The notes below the pieces were generated by a model that saw only the letters and a list, made by a program, of their open reading frames with translations, was not told the origin of the DNA and did not search any database. Positions 34,907 to 42,760 of a stretch of DNA of 46,990 bases are shown here, in pieces. Location: positions 1-46,990 of the forward strand of contig CAXNNH010000001.1 in the NCBI GenBank assembly GCA_964203325.1, in the 5' to 3' direction. How positions within the stretch are numbered: the first letter of the stretch is position 1; each line of letters opens with the position of its first letter. Source of the DNA: Burkholderiales bacterium (lineage in GTDB: Bacteria; Pseudomonadota; Gammaproteobacteria; Burkholderiales; Rhodocyclaceae). A program made the position numbers and the translations under genes.

Positions 34907-35748
34907 AAATTCTGATTCTGGGGGGGACCCGCTACATGGGTCGCGCCGCCGCCAGGCGCCTGTCGACGGCGGGGCACGAGGTAATCAGCGTTAGCCGCAC
35001 TCCGATTGAGGGCGGTACGATCCGGCATCGGGTCTGCGATCGCAAGGATGGCGCCGCCTTGGATGCACTGGTGCGCGAGGAGGAACCCTCGGCCATACTG
35101 GACATGGTTTGTTTCGACGCTGGTGACGGCGCCGGTATGGCGCGTCTGTTCGAGTCCGGCGCGCTGTCGGGCTTGCGCCACTACCTGATGGTTTCCACCT
35201 TCTTTCCCTACAACTACTTCGACGCGCGCGAAGCCCCGTTTGCGGGCGACCCGACGGCGATCGCGGATGGTTACACGCGGCGTAAGGTGGAAGCGGAGGC
35301 AATCATCAAGGCTGGCGCCTTGTTCGGCAGGAGTTCGATCCTGCGCCTGCCATTCGTCTTCTCCCATGACGACTACACGGGAAGGTTTCAACGTCTCTGC
35401 GAAATGGTGCGAGATGGCCGGGTTGCGGCGACGGGTACGTCGTCCTGGCGTACGTCGATGATTGCCATGGAAGACGCGGCAGGAGCACTTGCGAATATTC
35501 TGCAAGGCCCGCCGTTGGGGTACGCCGACATTGCTAACGCCGGCTGCTTGACCGCGCATGAAATCGCCGCTGTTGTTGCCGCGGCACTGGACTGTTCCTG
35601 TGAGTTCAACGGCGCGGACGACCCCGGTACGATCTATGGGCTCAGCCGCGATCTCTGCCTGGATTCGGCCAAATCGCCGAAGCTGCGTCCCCTGGCCGAA
35701 GCACTGGCCGACGAAGCGAAACAATGGAGCACACAACATGGCGATTAA
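34903..35748 (+). CDS. NAD(P)-binding Rossmann-fold protein (atypical/extended SDR, epimerase/reductase-like)
   Basis: MKILILGGTRYMGRAAARRL is a GGTxxxG nucleotide-binding motif. 281 aa; ATGA-coupled to the upstream gene. Confidence 0.6.
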   Translation: MKILILGGTRYMGRAAARRLSTAGHEVISVSRTPIEGGTIRHRVCDRKDGAALDALVREEEPSAILDMVCFDAGDGAGMARLFESGALSGLRHYLMVSTFFPYNYFDAREAPFAGDPTAIADGYTRRKVEAEAIIKAGALFGRSSILRLPFVFSHDDYTGRFQRLCEMVRDGRVAATGTSSWRTSMIAMEDAAGALANILQGPPLGYADIANAGCLTAHEIAAVVAAALDCSCEFNGADDPGTIYGLSRDLCLDSAKSPKLRPLAEALADEAKQWSTQHGD

Positions 35749-36739
35749 AGTCCTGGTTAGCGGCGCCGGCGGCGATGTCGGGCAGGGGGTATTGAAGGCG
35801 CTGGCCGCGTCATCCCTCGATATCGAGGCCCACACCACCTGCATTGGCCCGCACAGTTCCTGGTTGTACCAGCCGGGCGTCAACAGCTTCATCGCCCCCC
35901 TGTCCGCTGCCGAGGACTATGTTCCTTTCCTGATCCGCCTGATCCGACGCCATGGCATTCAGGTGTTCTTCCCCACCGTGGACGGAGAAATCACCAAGAT
36001 CGCGCGAGAAAAAGCACGCATCGAAGGCGAGACCGGATGCCTGGTGTTCGTGGATGGCGAAGACAAAGTCGCGGTCAGCGACGACAAGTTCAACACCGCC
36101 GAATTTCTCCGCGGTCATGGTTTTGCCTACCCTGCTTCGGCCATCGCCGTCGGCCCGCAAGCCCATGCGCTGGCCGACCGGCTCGGCTTCCCGCTGATCG
36201 TCAAGAAACGTAGCGGCAAGGGCTCCCAGGATGTGTTCCTGGTTCGGGATTCGGCGGAACTGGAACGCCGCCTGGGCGACCCTTCCTTCGTCGTCCAGGA
36301 GTGGCTGGACCCCGAACAGGGCGAGTACACCTCCGGCCTTTATCTCGGCGATGATGGCGAGATAAAGGGTGTCTGTACTTTCCGCCGCCAGCTTAAAGGC
36401 GGCTCCACCTACATCGCCGAACGCATCATCGACCCTGCGCTGGAACAGCCGCTGGAACGCATCGCCCGGACCCTGGGCATGAAGTATCTGAACATCCAGT
36501 CGATGCGCCGGGGTGACGAACTGGTGCCGTTCGAATTCAACGGCCGCCTCTCCGGCACCACTGCAATGGTATCCAGGGTGTTCAACGCCCCGGAGATGTT
36601 TATCCGCGAGCGACTTCTGGGCGAGCGACTCGCGCGCGTGGACAACACGACGCGCTTTGTCGCCATGCGTTACTACGAGGAGGTCTACGCGAATCCGGAA
36701 CAAGTGGACGCCCTCATCGCACGGAGCACCGAAATATGA
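35738..36739 (+). CDS. ATP-grasp ligase (carbamoyl-phosphate-synthase-L-like ATP-binding fold)
   Basis: Start taken at the internal ATG 35738 (MAIKVLVSGAGGDVGQG). PLIVKKRSGKGSQDVFLV holds the ATP-binding Lys. VVQEWL is present and FEFNGRLSG is the E-x-N-x-R Mg/ATP motif. Confidence 0.7.
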   Translation: MAIKVLVSGAGGDVGQGVLKALAASSLDIEAHTTCIGPHSSWLYQPGVNSFIAPLSAAEDYVPFLIRLIRRHGIQVFFPTVDGEITKIAREKARIEGETGCLVFVDGEDKVAVSDDKFNTAEFLRGHGFAYPASAIAVGPQAHALADRLGFPLIVKKRSGKGSQDVFLVRDSAELERRLGDPSFVVQEWLDPEQGEYTSGLYLGDDGEIKGVCTFRRQLKGGSTYIAERIIDPALEQPLERIARTLGMKYLNIQSMRRGDELVPFEFNGRLSGTTAMVSRVFNAPEMFIRERLLGERLARVDNTTRFVAMRYYEEVYANPEQVDALIARSTEI

Positions 36740-37422
36740 CCGCCTGCGTGCTGTTCGATTTCGCCGACACCTTGGCGGAGCTGCATCCCAACCGTATGGA
36801 TATCGTTGCCGATTACATCCTCACCGTCGGCGGCATCCAGATCGGTCAGGACGCCATTGCCCGCGCCTATAAGTCGGTCGACCTGCTGTTGCCCTACAGT
36901 TCGGTGAAGACCCGCACCCAGGCGCAGCGGGACGAGTTCTATCGGGAATACAACCGTCAGTTGTTCGTCCTGCTCGGCGTCGCCCATCGCGCCGATCCCG
37001 CCGGCCTGATCGCCGCCTTCGGTGAACGCCGCGCACACTGGGCGCTCAAGCCGGGCGTTCGCGACACCCTTGCCGAACTGCGCCGACGCGGCTATCGCAT
37101 CGGCATCATCTCCAACTTTGACAGCCGCCTGGAACAGGTGGTCTACGAGTTCCTCGGCCTTGCCGGTACGGTCGATTACCTGCACATCTCGCAGACCGAG
37201 GGCGTGGAGAAGCCCGACCCACGGTTCTACCTCGGTTTCTTTGAGCGGCATGGCCTGGATATCGAACAATCGGTCTATGTCGGCGACAGCTACACCCTGG
37301 ATTTCCTGCCCGCCAGCGGCATCGGCCTCAAGGCCTGGTTGCTCGATGAGGCCGGCCTATATCCGCATTTACCCGAGGCGATCCGTGACATTGCCGAATT
37401 GCCTGGCCTGCTGCCCGCATGA
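36736..37422 (+). CDS. HAD-superfamily hydrolase (subfamily IA-like)
   Basis: Motif I is CVLFDFADTL (nucleophile Asp). IGIISNFD is present and motif IV is VYVGDSYTLD. Confidence 0.65.
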   Translation: MTACVLFDFADTLAELHPNRMDIVADYILTVGGIQIGQDAIARAYKSVDLLLPYSSVKTRTQAQRDEFYREYNRQLFVLLGVAHRADPAGLIAAFGERRAHWALKPGVRDTLAELRRRGYRIGIISNFDSRLEQVVYEFLGLAGTVDYLHISQTEGVEKPDPRFYLGFFERHGLDIEQSVYVGDSYTLDFLPASGIGLKAWLLDEAGLYPHLPEAIRDIAELPGLLPA

Positions 37423-37802
37423 GCACACAAGTCCAGATGCTGCGCTTCGCGCTGGTGGGTCTGGCCTCCAACGCGGTGCTGTATCTGGTTTATCTCGGCA
37501 TGACCACCGCCGGACTCGGCCCCAAGCTTGCCATGAGCCTGGTCTATGGCATCGGCGTGGCGCAAACCTTCTTATTCAACAAGCGCTGGACCTTTAATCA
37601 TTCTGGACGTTTCGATACCGCTTTGCTGCGCTATATCGCCGTCTATGCCGGCGGCTACGTCGCCAACCTGCTGGTGTTGGCCTGGCTGGTGGATGGGTTA
37701 GGTTATCCGCATCAGATTGTGCAGGGTGTGATGATTCTGACGCTGGCGGGTTGTTTCTTTCTGTTGCAAAAATTATGGGTATTCAGAACGGGGCGGATAT
37801 GA
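37419..37802 (+). CDS. GtrA-family small membrane protein (lipid-linked sugar translocation-associated)
   Basis: 127 aa with four hydrophobic segments. FALVGLASNAVLYLVYL...FLFNKRWTF is the GtrA family signature. Confidence 0.75.
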   Translation: MSTQVQMLRFALVGLASNAVLYLVYLGMTTAGLGPKLAMSLVYGIGVAQTFLFNKRWTFNHSGRFDTALLRYIAVYAGGYVANLLVLAWLVDGLGYPHQIVQGVMILTLAGCFFLLQKLWVFRTGRI

Positions 37803-38926
37803 ACATTCCATTCAACAAGCCTTACATGACCGGAAAAGAACTCTGGTACATCGCTCAAGCGCACCACAACGGCTGGCTGGCGGGCGATGGTGGGTTTACG
37901 AAACGCTGTAATACCTGGTTGGAGCAGCGTACCGGCGCACGTAAGGCACTGCTGACACATTCCTGCACGGCAGCGCTGGAAATGGCTGCCATCTTGGCCG
38001 ATATCCAGCCTGGCGATGAAGTGATCATGCCGTCTTACACTTTCGTCTCCACCGCCAACGCTTTCGTGCTGAGAGGTGCGGTGCCAGTGTTCGTAGACAT
38101 ACGCCCGGATACCCTGAATATTGATGAGACGCTGATCGAAGCCGCTATCACCGAAAAAACTCGCGCCATTGTTCCTGTGCATTACGCCGGCGTGGGCTGC
38201 GAGATGGATGCCATCATGGACATCGCCACACGGCACGGTCTGCTGGTCATCGAGGATGCTGCGCAAGGCATCATGTCGACTTACAAAGGGCGTCCATTGG
38301 GCAGCATCGGCCACCTCGCCGCGCTCTCCTTCCATGAGACCAAGAACATCATTTCCGGCGAGGGTGGCGCGCTGTTGGTGAATGACCCGGAACTGGCGGA
38401 GCGGGCCGAGATCATTCGCGAGAAGGGCACGAACCGCAGCCAGTTCTTCCGCGGGCAAGTCGACAAATACACCTGGGTGGACATCGGCTCTTCCTATCTA
38501 CCGAGCGAACTGATCGCCGCTTTCCTGTGGGCGCAGATGGAAGAAGCGGATGCCATCACGCGACGTCGCCTGGGCATCTGGCAGACTTACCACAGCGCTT
38601 TCGCTGATCTGGAACAGCGCGGCAAGGTACGCCGTCCGCAAGTGCCCGCCGACTGCGTCCACAACGCCCATATGTATCAGCTCCTGCTGCCCAGCCTGGA
38701 AAAACGCACAGCGTTCATTGCGACGCTGAAGTCGGGCGGCATCAGTAGCGTGTTCCACTATGTGCCGCTGCATTCGGCGCCCGCCGGACGCCTGCACGGT
38801 CGTGTATCAGGCGGCATGCGCCATACATTGGAACTGTCGGACCGCCTGGTCCGACTGCCGCTTTGGGTTGGGCTGGAAGATGACCAGAACGAGGTTATCC
38901 GCCAGGTCATCGCCGCCGCCGAATGA
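37799..38926 (+). CDS. wecE: dTDP-4-amino-4,6-dideoxy-hexose (TDP-4-oxo-6-deoxy-D-glucose) transaminase, WecE-type
   Basis: Start at ATG 37799 (MNIPFNKPYMTGKEL). Long near-identical runs to remembered E. coli WecE: GDGGFTKRCNTWLEQR, IQPGDEVIMPSYTFVSTANAFVLRGA, VFVDIRPDTLNIDETLIEAAIT, VPVHYAGV, FHETKN and AEIIREKGTNRSQFFRGQVDKYTWVDIGSSYL. Confidence 0.9.
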   Translation: MNIPFNKPYMTGKELWYIAQAHHNGWLAGDGGFTKRCNTWLEQRTGARKALLTHSCTAALEMAAILADIQPGDEVIMPSYTFVSTANAFVLRGAVPVFVDIRPDTLNIDETLIEAAITEKTRAIVPVHYAGVGCEMDAIMDIATRHGLLVIEDAAQGIMSTYKGRPLGSIGHLAALSFHETKNIISGEGGALLVNDPELAERAEIIREKGTNRSQFFRGQVDKYTWVDIGSSYLPSELIAAFLWAQMEEADAITRRRLGIWQTYHSAFADLEQRGKVRRPQVPADCVHNAHMYQLLLPSLEKRTAFIATLKSGGISSVFHYVPLHSAPAGRLHGRVSGGMRHTLELSDRLVRLPLWVGLEDDQNEVIRQVIAAAE

Positions 38927-38927
38927 C

Positions 38928-40367
38928 ATGAGCCGCCGTTATCTGCCCTGGGCGGTCGCTGCTCTGTACCTGTTGTTCCTGTTTCCGACGCCGGAGTTCC
39001 CACCCTACAACGCTGATGACGGTAGCTGGTTCGTCACCATCGGCTGGAATCTGGCGCAATACGGCCGCTATACCAGCGACACCTTCCCGCTTGCCGAATA
39101 CGGCCATCACGCCGCCTGGCCGCCGTTGTTCGCCGGTATTCTGGCCGGGGTGATCTCGCTTTTCGGTCTCAACTGGCTGGCGCTCAAGTTGCTGATGGCG
39201 CTGATCGGGCTGGGCGCGCTGGCGCTGCTGCTTCGCCTGTGGCGAGACGACTCACCCGGTGCTTGGGCGGTGCTGCTTACCGCGTTGAGCCCCGCGATAT
39301 TCCTCTTCAGCCACCACACCATGACTGAAATGCCCTATATCGCGGCGGTCAGCGCCGCGTTGCTGGGACTTTCCCACGCGAGCAGCGGCCGCGGCGCGTT
39401 TCTCGCCGGCCTGCTTGCGGTGCTGGCGTTCTTCACCCGAGGTTACGCGGTGATCTTTCTGCTCGCCGGGCCGCTTTATTTCATGTTGCGGCCCTGGCCC
39501 ATGCGGCAGCGCTTGATCGCCTGCCTGGCCTATATCCTTCCTCTGATCGTCGCAGTGTTTGTTTGGAAAGGCTACACCGGCCAGGTCATTGCCAACTTGC
39601 CGCTGGACTGGATCAGCGAGCGTTTTGGCAATGGCGCCGGCCTGCTGCAAAGCCTGCTACGTTCCCCGGTGGAGTATGCGCAGCGCCTGTACTGGTTTGA
39701 ACTGCGCTACCCCGCGCATTTCCTGTTGCCGCTGATTCCGCTTGAATGGGCCTTGCGGCATGACCTTGCATTGGCGCTTTCGCTGCCGCTTCTGGCCATC
39801 ATCGGCTATGGCTGGCTGACCCTGTTCCTGCGCCGGCGCGGCGCGGTGGAATGCTGGCTGCCGCTGGCGCTGGCATTTTTGCTGGTCCCAAGCAGCGGCG
39901 CCGCGCGTTACCTGATCCCCTTCCTGCCTTTTCTGTTCTATTACCTGTTGCATGGCCTGCGCGAGATCAGCCAGCGTCTGCCACGCCTGGCGTTGGCCGC
40001 ACGCCTGACGCCTTACGCGCTGCTGCTGGTGACTGGCACCGCTCTCGCCTGGCATCTGACCGCTCCGGATCAGCTGCGTTTTGTGTCGGCAGACAGCAAG
40101 GATTACCGTGATGTCGCGCTCTGGGCAGGCGCAAACCTGCCGTTGGATGCCGTGGTGCTGGCGCCGGCCTCGCATCGCTTCCTTGCGGCCAGCGGCCGAA
40201 ACACCTGGCCGATCGAGCGTTTGCCCGACCCGCCTGAAGCGATTCAGCGCGGCAACCGGCCGATCTATCTGCTGTGTACGCCCGAAACGCCAGCGGCCCG
40301 CTGCGCCGGACTGAGCAATCCGGTTCAGCGTCAGGGTCGCATCGCCTTACATATGATCCGGCCATAA
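38928..40367 (+). CDS. GT-C fold polytopic membrane glycosyltransferase (ArnT/PMT family 39/83-like)
   Basis: Start at ATG 38928 (MSRRYLPWAVAALYLLFLF), 1 nt after the wecE stop. About 12 hydrophobic segments. An acidic first-loop motif (YNADDGSWF) and a WPPLF motif are present. The C-terminal soluble domain is ~100 aa. Confidence 0.7.
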   Translation: MSRRYLPWAVAALYLLFLFPTPEFPPYNADDGSWFVTIGWNLAQYGRYTSDTFPLAEYGHHAAWPPLFAGILAGVISLFGLNWLALKLLMALIGLGALALLLRLWRDDSPGAWAVLLTALSPAIFLFSHHTMTEMPYIAAVSAALLGLSHASSGRGAFLAGLLAVLAFFTRGYAVIFLLAGPLYFMLRPWPMRQRLIACLAYILPLIVAVFVWKGYTGQVIANLPLDWISERFGNGAGLLQSLLRSPVEYAQRLYWFELRYPAHFLLPLIPLEWALRHDLALALSLPLLAIIGYGWLTLFLRRRGAVECWLPLALAFLLVPSSGAARYLIPFLPFLFYYLLHGLREISQRLPRLALAARLTPYALLLVTGTALAWHLTAPDQLRFVSADSKDYRDVALWAGANLPLDAVVLAPASHRFLAASGRNTWPIERLPDPPEAIQRGNRPIYLLCTPETPAARCAGLSNPVQRQGRIALHMIRP

Positions 40368-40385
40368 ACAACAAACCGGATTGAG

Positions 40386-41453
40386 TCAGCGCAGGTTGGA
40401 GTTACCTGCGGACTTCATTCTCTGCGTGATTGATTCAGTCCTGGCGAGCAAATCTCGCCTGATCTCCAGCGGCGTCATGCTCTGTCCATTCAATTCCCGC
40501 ATGAACCACTCGAAATAGCCGCGTGATTTTCCAAGGAAGCGGCTTAAATCGGCTTCGTTGCGAACATAGGGCGTGTAGCCAGGGTGAACCGACGGGGAGT
40601 GAAAGCTGAAGACGAAGATACGTTGGCCTTCATCCAACATGGCGCGTGTCATGCGTTGCATTTCCGCCAGCGTGTAGTCCTCGGGGGAGAGGCGGATGCG
40701 TTCGAAGGCACGCAGGCGGGAGGTGATGCCGGGTAGACGCGCCCAATTCAGTTTGGGATGAGTAATCAGGCGGTAGAACGGGGCGCCGGCGTTTTTCAGC
40801 CAGCCGGCGTAGCAGCCGCCGCCCGGTAGGCCGAGTAATTTGCGCTGTTGGCCGAACCAGAATGGTTCCGCGGTATAGCCTGAGTAATCCGGGCCGCCGT
40901 CACTGCTGTAGTCGATGGGGGGGGCGATGCTGATATCGACTTCGTAGCCGAGTTCTTCCAGGATGGCGGCGCTGTTGGGGCCGTTGCCGTAGCGGCCGGC
41001 CAGGTAGGTGAGGGGGCGTTTGCCGAAATTCTGTTCGATGGTGTCGGTAAGTTGGCGCACCTTTTCGTATTCGAGTTCGCGCGGCAGGTTGCCCGGGTAG
41101 GTATTGGCGCGTGTCAGTTGTTCGGTCAACGGCGGCGATACCCAGGGGTGCAGGTGGGTGCCGATCAGGGCGCGGCCTTCATCCTGATAGCGGCGCAGGG
41201 TCTCGTAGCCCAGCGGTTGACTGGCGATGGGGTAGTCGATGACGTAGTTGGGGACAATGCCGTAGGCGTCGAATATTTCCTGGGCGCGGCTGATGTGGCG
41301 CATGTGTTCGACGCCGATTTCCGTGCGCGAGTGTTCGCTGTTCCAGTCGAATTCTTCTTCGGTGTGGATGACCACCGACAGGATAGGGCGTGTATCGGCT
41401 GGAACAGCAATGTGTTGCGCGTTGGGGAAGAGGTCAGAGATCGAGGGCGACAT
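40386..41453 (-). CDS. Polysaccharide deacetylase-like protein (WalW-type)
   Basis: ILSVVIHTEEEFDWNS...GTHLHPWVSPP...VFSFHSPSV shows acid/His motifs of a deacetylase-fold family that I recall as 'WalW' in EPS loci. Confidence 0.5.
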   Translation of the reverse strand: MSPSISDLFPNAQHIAVPADTRPILSVVIHTEEEFDWNSEHSRTEIGVEHMRHISRAQEIFDAYGIVPNYVIDYPIASQPLGYETLRRYQDEGRALIGTHLHPWVSPPLTEQLTRANTYPGNLPRELEYEKVRQLTDTIEQNFGKRPLTYLAGRYGNGPNSAAILEELGYEVDISIAPPIDYSSDGGPDYSGYTAEPFWFGQQRKLLGLPGGGCYAGWLKNAGAPFYRLITHPKLNWARLPGITSRLRAFERIRLSPEDYTLAEMQRMTRAMLDEGQRIFVFSFHSPSVHPGYTPYVRNEADLSRFLGKSRGYFEWFMRELNGQSMTPLEIRRDLLARTESITQRMKSAGNSNLR

Positions 41454-42297
41454 ATTCTGAATAGAGGTTCTGGATGTCGGCTTCGCCCAGTGTGTCGCTG
41501 CAGAATACTCGGTGGCGGTAGCCTGTTAGTTCGGTGTGCGGCCAGGCGGGTTTGTTCGGCAGCAAGCGCGTTTCCACCCGCGTGGTTGCCATGCCTGAGA
41601 GCAGGAAGTGGCAGCCGAGAACGGGCAGGTATTGTTGAAAGGTATCCGGGTTGGTGAAGCCGATGATTTCGGCGCTGGGCAGGTTTTTCAGGCTGGCACG
41701 TTTGTAGATGACCAGACTGCGGTTGCTGCCTTTACCGACAGCGAGGAAGTTGAGCCAGGGGAAATGCTTGTGGTCTCGGTAGACTTTGGCCGATGCCGCG
41801 TCCAGCACGTGTTCGATGCGTTCCGGGTTGCTGACGATGCCCGCGCCGGTGAGGCGCTGATGCGGCGCCGGCAGGTTGAACAGCACGGTGCGCGCTTCGT
41901 TCATGGGTTTGAACTTGAGGAACTTGAGCGACTGCTCCACCACGGCGGTGGGGGATAGGTCGGTGAAGTGGAAGCCGGGTTGCGAGATCACCGCCATTGC
42001 GAGGCGCATGCTCTGGGTACGGTAGGCGTCGAGCACCATCCAGCTAGTGATGTTGCAGAACTGTTCGAGTTTGCCGCGAACCGGGTAGGCGCCGTAAATG
42101 GCGCCGATGCCGCCGACGATTTCTCCGGCTTCGTCACGGATCAAGAAGCCGTTGTTGGGCTTGTTTACGCCCCAGTTCTGGCGAAAGGCTTCTGCCCAGA
42201 TATCGGCTGGGTGGCTGGGGTTGAGGTGTTTGTGCAAAAAAGCGCAGAACGCCGGCAGATCCTCGTCGCGGATAGGTTCGAGTTTGGGCAGGGCCAT
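41434..42297 (-). CDS. GNAT-fold acyltransferase-like protein
   Basis: Start preferred at 42297 (MALPKLEPIRDEDLPAFCAFLHKHL). The central FLIRDEAGEIVGGIGAIY...ITSWMVLDAYRTQSMRLAMAV fits the GNAT beta4-alpha3 core. The gene overlaps the downstream deacetylase-like gene by 20 nt. Confidence 0.5.
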   Translation of the reverse strand: MALPKLEPIRDEDLPAFCAFLHKHLNPSHPADIWAEAFRQNWGVNKPNNGFLIRDEAGEIVGGIGAIYGAYPVRGKLEQFCNITSWMVLDAYRTQSMRLAMAVISQPGFHFTDLSPTAVVEQSLKFLKFKPMNEARTVLFNLPAPHQRLTGAGIVSNPERIEHVLDAASAKVYRDHKHFPWLNFLAVGKGSNRSLVIYKRASLKNLPSAEIIGFTNPDTFQQYLPVLGCHFLLSGMATTRVETRLLPNKPAWPHTELTGYRHRVFCSDTLGEADIQNLYSEYVALDL

Positions 42298-42419
42298 ATT
42301 GGTATTTGTGAGTCCGTGGGAGCGGCAAGACGTTAGCACAAAGGGCAATAAAACTGGGTTAAGCTCGCGACCCAAGAATTTTGGTGTTGGAGCAGTCTTT
42401 AGTTAGTTTTGAGCAGGGC

Positions 42420-42518
42420 GTAGGTTGGGTTAGCCGACGTCTTTTTGTCGGCGTAACCCAACATGGCCGAGGTGAAGTCGGGTTACGGCGCAAAAAGACG
42501 CGCCTAACCCGACCTACA
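42420..42518. repeat. REPIN, family C (two inverted GTAG-headed hairpins)
   Basis: The forward unit is GTAGgttgggttagccgacgtctttttgtcggcgtaacccaac. The reverse complement of 42478-42518 is GTAGgtcgggttaggcgcgtctttttgcgccgtaacccgac. The loop (tcttttt) is identical and the stems differ by compensatory changes. Confidence 0.8.
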
Positions 42519-42521
42519 AGT

Positions 42522-42550
42522 CCTGGACCCCGGCCTCCGCCGGGGTGACG
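42522..42550 (-). repeat. REP hairpin, family D
   Basis: On the minus strand it reads cgtcaccccggcggaggccggggtccagg. The frame is the same as cgtcattccggc...gccggaatccag at 46188 and 46416. Confidence 0.65.
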
Positions 42551-42604
42551 GTTGTTTTGAAGTTTTTGTGTTTTTCGTCATCTTGTCAGTGATGTTTTTT
42601 GTGG

Positions 42605-42677
42605 GTGCGGTCTTTAGCCGCGAAGAGGTGTGGCGGGCTTTGGAGCGATGGATTTCGCGGCTGAAGCTCGCTCCTAC
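42605..42677. repeat. REPIN, family B
   Basis: ...tttagccgcgaag...gatttcgcggctgaagctcgctcCTACgg. The arms ttagccgcgaa / ttcgcggctga pair with each other, and the right arm matches the 20175-20242 element. Confidence 0.6.
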
Positions 42678-42760
42678 GGGGTGTTGGTTTTTTGATGGTT
42701 TTCTTGCGGTTGATGCGGTTCTTTCGATCTGCGGCTTTTTAATTTCTTGCGATAGCCTCC

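Noticed and set aside
35558-35737. Upstream extension of the ATP-grasp ORF
   Set aside because: It overlaps the SDR gene in another frame. MAIKVLVSGAGG at 35738 is a typical N-terminus for this fold.
34879-36703. Minus-strand ORFs 34879-35892 and 35810-36703 opposite the SDR and ATP-grasp genes
   Set aside because: Same reasoning: they are antisense shadows of well-supported plus-strand genes, and their composition is not protein-like.
41514-41525. ops/JUMPStart-like GGCGGTAGCCTG, and a second GGCGGTAG at 43097-43104
   Set aside because: The first lies on the non-coding orientation inside the minus-strand GNAT gene and the second lies deep inside the E1 coding region. Neither is in an operon leader, so chance occurrence in GC-rich DNA is more likely.
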